Notes under the pieces: model-generated | What the model was told of the DNA's origin: nothing | Database searches by the model: none | What the model saw: the letters and a program-made list of their open reading frames with translations, nothing else | In this document: in pieces, positions 59,467 to 64,000 of the stretch | Layout: each line of letters opens with the position of its first letter | Position numbering within the stretch: the first letter of the stretch is position 1 | Made by a program: the position numbers and the translations under genes | Source of the DNA: Promethearchaeati archaeon SRVP18_Atabeyarchaeia-1 | GTDB lineage: Archaea; Asgardarchaeota; Atabeyarchaeia; Atabeyarchaeales; Atabeyarchaeaceae | Direction of reading: 5' to 3' | Length of the DNA: 64,000 nt | NCBI GenBank assembly: GCA_037308085.1 | Contig: CP147779.1 | Span: forward strand, 576,001-640,000

Positions 59467-59527
59467 GCTAATACCTCCAGTTGCACTCTCATTAATGTGA
59501 CTATACAGTATATGCTGAACTATCTTT

Positions 59528-60067
59528 TCAGTTTATCTGAAGTTCCTGAAGGTCCTCGATGGTAATAATGTCTCCGTCGAAACCGTCCAACCGTCCTTCA
59601 CGGTTGATCGATTCCGCGATTGTGGCAACGAGGATCTCTGGCTCTGTTCTTCTCATGCCACTTAGCTGAAACACTCTTATTGAAGAGGGTGACATAGAAA
59701 AGCGGACAATGTATCGGTCCGGAACCAGATTCACGGTCCTGGCATTTTTCACGTAACGATAGTTTATGTAGACTATGAAGTCTAGAGACAGTGGCGCAGC
59801 CGATAATCTGGACACCCGACCCGCTTGGTCTTCATCGAGGTAATTGAAACACAACCCTTCAGCCACCCCGACTTCAAAGGATCTTGTTACCGAGAAGGAT
59901 CCATCGTGACCTGCGATGGATGTATCGACCTTGTCTTCGATCTTGTTCAGTTTCTGCATGCCGCGTGCTATGGCGGCGACCAGATCTATGCCCGATTTAC
60001 TCAGCGAGAGCTTAACGTCTAGGTGCACGATCAATGGAAAACCCGTGTAGACGCCAAGGTCGCCCAT
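59528..60067 (-). CDS. Conserved archaeal hypothetical protein
   Basis: 179-aa ORF in an operon-like run. FEVGVAEG..FNYLD. Confidence 0.65.
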   Translation of the reverse strand: MGDLGVYTGFPLIVHLDVKLSLSKSGIDLVAAIARGMQKLNKIEDKVDTSIAGHDGSFSVTRSFEVGVAEGLCFNYLDEDQAGRVSRLSAAPLSLDFIVYINYRYVKNARTVNLVPDRYIVRFSMSPSSIRVFQLSGMRRTEPEILVATIAESINREGRLDGFDGDIITIEDLQELQIN

Positions 60068-60074
60068 CGTCCAG

Positions 60075-60428
60075 TCAATCCTTTTTCCTTTTGTGTTCCC
60101 TTAAGCTGTCTAGGAGCCTGAGAACCTCGAGGAACTTCAGCGTAATTTCGGCAAGCTGAGCCAGCTTGTTGAGATCGGTGGTTTTGCCGATTTCAACTTC
60201 AAGTTCGTGGATTTTCCTCAATACAGTGGAATTCGCTGCAGACAAGTTCTCCATCACATTATCAGGTTCGGATGTCGCTTTGGCGCTGTCCGTGGAATAG
60301 CCACAGTTGGCGCAGAACACCTTTCCCTTTTGCTTGAATAATGGTGAATTGCAGATGGGACAAGCATCTTGAAGCATCGTGGCTCCTGATCTAAGGAGCT
60401 CTGCCATCTTCTTAATTTGCTCATTCAT
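60075..60428 (-). CDS. UPF0148 / Sjogren autoantigen p27-like Zn-ribbon protein
   Basis: [12 protein letters not shown]...CPICNSPLF...G..FC..C. Confidence 0.88.
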   Translation of the reverse strand: MNEQIKKMAELLRSGATMLQDACPICNSPLFKQKGKVFCANCGYSTDSAKATSEPDNVMENLSAANSTVLRKIHELEVEIGKTTDLNKLAQLAEITLKFLEVLRLLDSLREHKRKKD

Positions 60429-60552
60429 ATACTAGGTTCAGCTCTATGGAAAAGTATTTCTATCAACTATGACCTCTGACACACAGTAAGGTTAGTATAG
60501 CCTGTTATATACTTCACTGGCGAGGATGCGTTCCAACCGAGGGATAAGCAAT

Positions 60553-60831
60553 ATGAGTAAAAGAGCGACCCAGAAACACCAGCCGACTGTCGACGAAGCC
60601 GTTCAGATTCTGAATGGAATAATGAAGCCTGAAGCGCAGATACCACGTAACATAAAAAGAGCGGCCAACAACGCTATTAGTGAACTGCAATCTGGAAGAG
60701 GTAGTTATGGCCTAAGAGCCTCAAACGCCATATCGGTCCTCGAAGAGGTTTCCCAAGATCCAAACTGCCCTCCTTATGCGCGGACGATGATTCTTCAAGT
60801 ACTCGCCAAATTGGAGACCATACGAGACTGA
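60553..60831 (+). CDS. UPF0147 family protein
   Basis: PRNIKRAA...RA.NAIS.LEE.SQDPN.P.YART. Confidence 0.9.
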   Translation: MSKRATQKHQPTVDEAVQILNGIMKPEAQIPRNIKRAANNAISELQSGRGSYGLRASNAISVLEEVSQDPNCPPYARTMILQVLAKLETIRD

Positions 60832-60888
60832 CCAACGTCGCGCAAAGACCTAGAGGCTTTATCTAGAGCAGAACCCAGTACTCCAAAT

Positions 60889-61033
60889 GCGGGGGTGCCC
60901 GAGCCTGGTCAAAGGGGGTAGACACGCTCAAAGCGTGACCTGTGCTCAGGACCTATCGGCGTAGTGGCATGGAATGCTCATCTCGAGCAGCCGACGCAAG
61001 CCTGCGAGGGTTCGAAGCCCTCCCCCCGCACCA
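60889..61033 (+). tRNA. tRNA-Leu(CAG) with two non-canonical introns (30/31: 60922-60943; variable arm: 60965-60999)
   Basis: Removing both inserts gives an 88-nt archaeal Leu tRNA GCGGGGG...GTAGG-CTCAGGA-CCTAT...CCCCCGCACCA. BHB-like junctions. Confidence 0.9.
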
Positions 61034-61148
61034 CCGCCGACATACTAGTCTTCGTCTTGAGTTTTGCTCTTGCCTGTCAAAGAGCGCGTGCCCAGAGTCA
61101 GACTAGGATTCCTTCTCTTCCTCCATTCCGCCTTATCTACGAAAAAGA

Positions 61149-61349
61149 TGGCGCCGTGGACCGGATTTTCCCAGCTGAATCATAATGCCATCACGCATCA
61201 GCTGATTTGAACCGGTGCTCCCCCGAAGGGGAACGGGATCTCGAGTCGAGGTGCGCCATCGCGGCACACTGTCCCGCGCCTTAACCGGACATCGCTGGTT
61301 GGTCGATCTTCAAGATTTAGACGACAAGTCAACCTTTGGCTACCACGGC
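61149..61349 (-). tRNA. tRNA-Ser(CGA) with three introns (D-loop about 14/15: 61291-61335; 32/33: 61245-61270; 59/60: 61166-61205)
   Basis: Removing the inserts gives a 90-nt GCCGTGG...CGGGA-CTCGAGA-TCCCG, a long variable arm, then ACCGGTTCAAATCCGGT-CCACGGC-GCCA. Confidence 0.88.
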
Positions 61350-61625
61350 ACCACGTCTAAGGTCTGACCCTCAAGAATAAACTGTCAACCGTAGTATTAA
61401 AACGCTTTCTAAGCAGCGTGACTCTTTCCATTGGACTGATCCACCGGGGATGGCTGCGCATACACACTGAAAGCTGCATTCAACAGTTTCGAACTTCATA
61501 GGCTTAAGTAAGCGTAAGTGGGTGTAGCGGTGCGTAGGATGAGACCCAATTAGGACAAACATAATTAAAGGATCTCAACATTAGCTGTCAGATAGCGAGA
61601 CAATCTCACGCGGGGAGAGCTGCGG

Positions 61626-63188
61626 TTGGGCGAGAGCCAAAGAGCACAAGATGCTGTTCGAACTTTGCTAAGAGCGGGAATTCAGGTAAGCCCCGACGCG
61701 CTGAGCTACCTGGCCGTTCAACCTGATCCTATACAGCTCGCCTCCAAGACACTGGAGGAACTGAACAAGAGGAGTGAAAAGCCGCTTGTCATCACGAGGA
61801 GCATCCTCGAAGGAATTCCCCAGCTGGGTCATGCGAGGCTTATCAGGATAATCGGCTCAAAGGATCTGGAGATTCTCTCTGCTGACAAGCTGGTGGTGGA
61901 AGCGGCACCTTCGATTGAGATTCTGTCACCCCTTTACGAGACATCATCTTCTGAGGGAAAACTCGAGGACTTCATAGCCTATTTCAGGGACAGATACCAG
62001 AAGCTCATGAAGCTATTCAGGGCGAGGAAAGACACCCAAGAAGCCGTCACGGTAAGCATGGCACTGAAACAAGACCATGGCAACGGCGCTGAGAAGCAGA
62101 CACCAGAGAGCAACACTAAGGTGATCGGGCTAGCGACTTCTAAGAAAGTGACCAACAAGGGCTCGATAATCGTGCAACTAGAGGATCCAACTGGGATCAT
62201 ATCTGGCGTGATCTCCTCCAAGAGTGAAAAGCTAGTCGCAAAAGGCTCCAGGATTCTCCTTGATCAAGTTTTCTGCATGGAAGGGGTCTTAAGGGCAGAC
62301 AAATCGATCTCTGTAAGAGACATAACTTGGGCCGACGTACCGTATGATTACAAACCAAGTAAGGCTAAGGACCCGGTATACGCTGTATTAGTATCAGACA
62401 TACACTACGGCAGCACCAAATTCTTGAGAGGGGAATTTGAAGCTTTCATACTCTGGCTCAGAGGAGAAGGAGCTACCGATGAGTCCGCCAGGATAGCCAA
62501 AGGAGTCAGATACTTGGTTATCGCGGGAGACCTAGTCGACGGGCTTGGCGTTTATCCCAACCAAGAAGACGAGCTTGAAGTAAAGGACATTTACGAACAG
62601 TACAGCAAGCTCTCGGAGTATCTGAGAAAGATTCCATCAACTATCGAGATAATCGCTATTCCAGGAAATCATGATGCAACGCGTTTGTCTCTTCCTCAGC
62701 CTCCTATCTCGGAGAAGTACATAGAGCCGATCACGAAGACTTGTAGCACATTCCATATGCTCGGAAACCCAGCCTTCGTCAAGATCCATAATGTGGGCAC
62801 ACTGATCTACCATGGCAAGATAATCGACAATATCCTTTCGACACTTCCAGAGATAAGTAGCAAGACCGTAACTCAAGCGCTTCACGAGCTAATGCGGTGC
62901 AGGCATTTGGCGCCCACCTGGGATCCCGATAATCCAATGACACCAGCAAACGAGGACTTGCTCGTCATGGAGAGAATACCGGATATCTTCCACACCGGTC
63001 ACATACACATTAACGCGGTATCACAGTACAGGGGCGTTCTTGCGGTCAACTCTGGAACCTTCCAGTCCCAAACTTCCTACCAGAAATCGATGGGCGTGAA
63101 GCCTACTCCCGGGCGGGTCGACGTTGTAAATCTGATGACCCTAAAACCCTCTCAGATTCAATTCGCCGGCGAGGCTAGTAATGGCTGA
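61626..63188 (+). CDS. polD1: DNA polymerase D small (proofreading) subunit DP1
   Basis: OB fold, SDIHYGS, AGDLVDG..VYP.Q, PGNHD, YHG, RHLAP, HTGHIH, NSGTFQ.QT. Confidence 0.96.
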   Translation: MGESQRAQDAVRTLLRAGIQVSPDALSYLAVQPDPIQLASKTLEELNKRSEKPLVITRSILEGIPQLGHARLIRIIGSKDLEILSADKLVVEAAPSIEILSPLYETSSSEGKLEDFIAYFRDRYQKLMKLFRARKDTQEAVTVSMALKQDHGNGAEKQTPESNTKVIGLATSKKVTNKGSIIVQLEDPTGIISGVISSKSEKLVAKGSRILLDQVFCMEGVLRADKSISVRDITWADVPYDYKPSKAKDPVYAVLVSDIHYGSTKFLRGEFEAFILWLRGEGATDESARIAKGVRYLVIAGDLVDGLGVYPNQEDELEVKDIYEQYSKLSEYLRKIPSTIEIIAIPGNHDATRLSLPQPPISEKYIEPITKTCSTFHMLGNPAFVKIHNVGTLIYHGKIIDNILSTLPEISSKTVTQALHELMRCRHLAPTWDPDNPMTPANEDLLVMERIPDIFHTGHIHINAVSQYRGVLAVNSGTFQSQTSYQKSMGVKPTPGRVDVVNLMTLKPSQIQFAGEASNG

Positions 63189-63197
63189 TTCCACATC

Positions 63198-64000
63198 TCA
63201 GCTTCCCTGGGGCGAGAGCTTGGGAAGATATCTTGAGATGTTCTTTATCGTATCGTCCTCCTCGAGGACTTCCTTAACCTGACTATTCGGCACAGAGAGC
63301 TTTATCATCTTCGTTCTCCCGTAGCGACCTTTACTCTCGACCTTCGCATTAATTATTCCCAGCATATCCAGCTCATTTACTAGATCTCCAACACGCCTCT
63401 GCGTCAGCAAATCCAGTCCCAGATCGCCGCATAGAGTGGCATAGACGTCAAAAACACTGCCAGTGATCACCTCATTCTCGCCACGTTGCTCCAAAACGTA
63501 TATACTGTAAAGAACAAGCTTGGATTGAAGTGGCAGGGTCTTCAGCGTTTCCGTCACTTTGTCGTACTCGATGCAACCTTGGGCTGCACGGACATGCTTC
63601 TCGGTCGTCTGCTGTTCTCCACCCCGCTCGCACAGCTCTCCGGCAACTCTAAGAAGGTCTAAGGCTCTGCGCGCGTCTCCATGCTCTCGCGCAGCTAGGG
63701 CAGCACAAAGGTTTATCACACCATCGTCTAGGACGCCTTCGCGGAAGCCAATCGTAGTTCGCTGTCTGAGAATATCCTGAAGCTCTGTGGCCGTGTACGG
63801 AGGAAAGACGAGCTCCTCCTCACTCAAGCTACTCACAACGCGCGGATCGAGAAGGTCCTTGAACTTCAGATCATTAGATATCCCGACGAGACTTACTCTG
63901 CCCTGCTTCAAGGAAGTATTGACTCTCGTCAAATCATAGAGCACATCGTCTCCGTCCTTCTTTACAAGCATGTCAACTTCATCGAGAACAATAATAATCA
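63198..64000 (-). CDS. cdc6: Cdc6/Orc1 replication initiator (5' part outside the window)
   Basis: IIVLDEVD Walker B at the window edge, LDPRVVSSL, FPPY, GDARRALDLLR, and C-terminal wHTH (SKGRYGRT). Confidence 0.96.
   Translation of the reverse strand, partial: IIIVLDEVDMLVKKDGDDVLYDLTRVNTSLKQGRVSLVGISNDLKFKDLLDPRVVSSLSEEELVFPPYTATELQDILRQRTTIGFREGVLDDGVINLCAALAAREHGDARRALDLLRVAGELCERGGEQQTTEKHVRAAQGCIEYDKVTETLKTLPLQSKLVLYSIYVLEQRGENEVITGSVFDVYATLCGDLGLDLLTQRRVGDLVNELDMLGIINAKVESKGRYGRTKMIKLSVPNSQVKEVLEEDDTIKNISRYLPKLSPQGS

Noticed and set aside
59086-59565. 159-aa plus-strand ORF
   Set aside because: Antisense to the PRC-barrel gene, which has an SD and a recognisable motif.

Overview
Archaeal chromosomal window, most probably from an Asgard archaeon. 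The basis is a lokiactin-type actin, a Rab-like GTPase, OSTC/DC2-like, PAC4-like and Get3-like genes, together with archaeal core genes (radA, radB, topA, XPD, PolD DP1, cdc6, carS, cofE, endA). The flanks (1-13 kb and 43.6-64 kb) are mostly housekeeping, and about 13-43 kb is accessory. The main discovery is a cassette-like array directly downstream of atpB (A/V-ATPase B). Four extra, diverged, in-frame copies of the atpB 3' end (18319-18346, 20264-20365, 22611-22710, 23972-24079) separate four cargo units. One unit carries Dam/DpnII R-M, a free-standing LAGLIDADG-like nuclease and a Panacea/RelE TA pair. The other three each carry one secreted-protein gene with shared promoter or terminator blocks. 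No integrase is visible in the array. Other notable items: mirror-image G+T/A+C strand-skew switches centred in atpB and on the atpA intein; a 4.4-kb IS6-type cargo transposon with TIRs and a near-perfect 8-bp TSD; an unidentified ~350-nt highly structured RNA candidate; a wHTH-CARF regulator divergent from the actin gene; and tRNAs with one, two and three introns, mostly at non-canonical positions. All calls come from reading motifs by eye. No searches were run.
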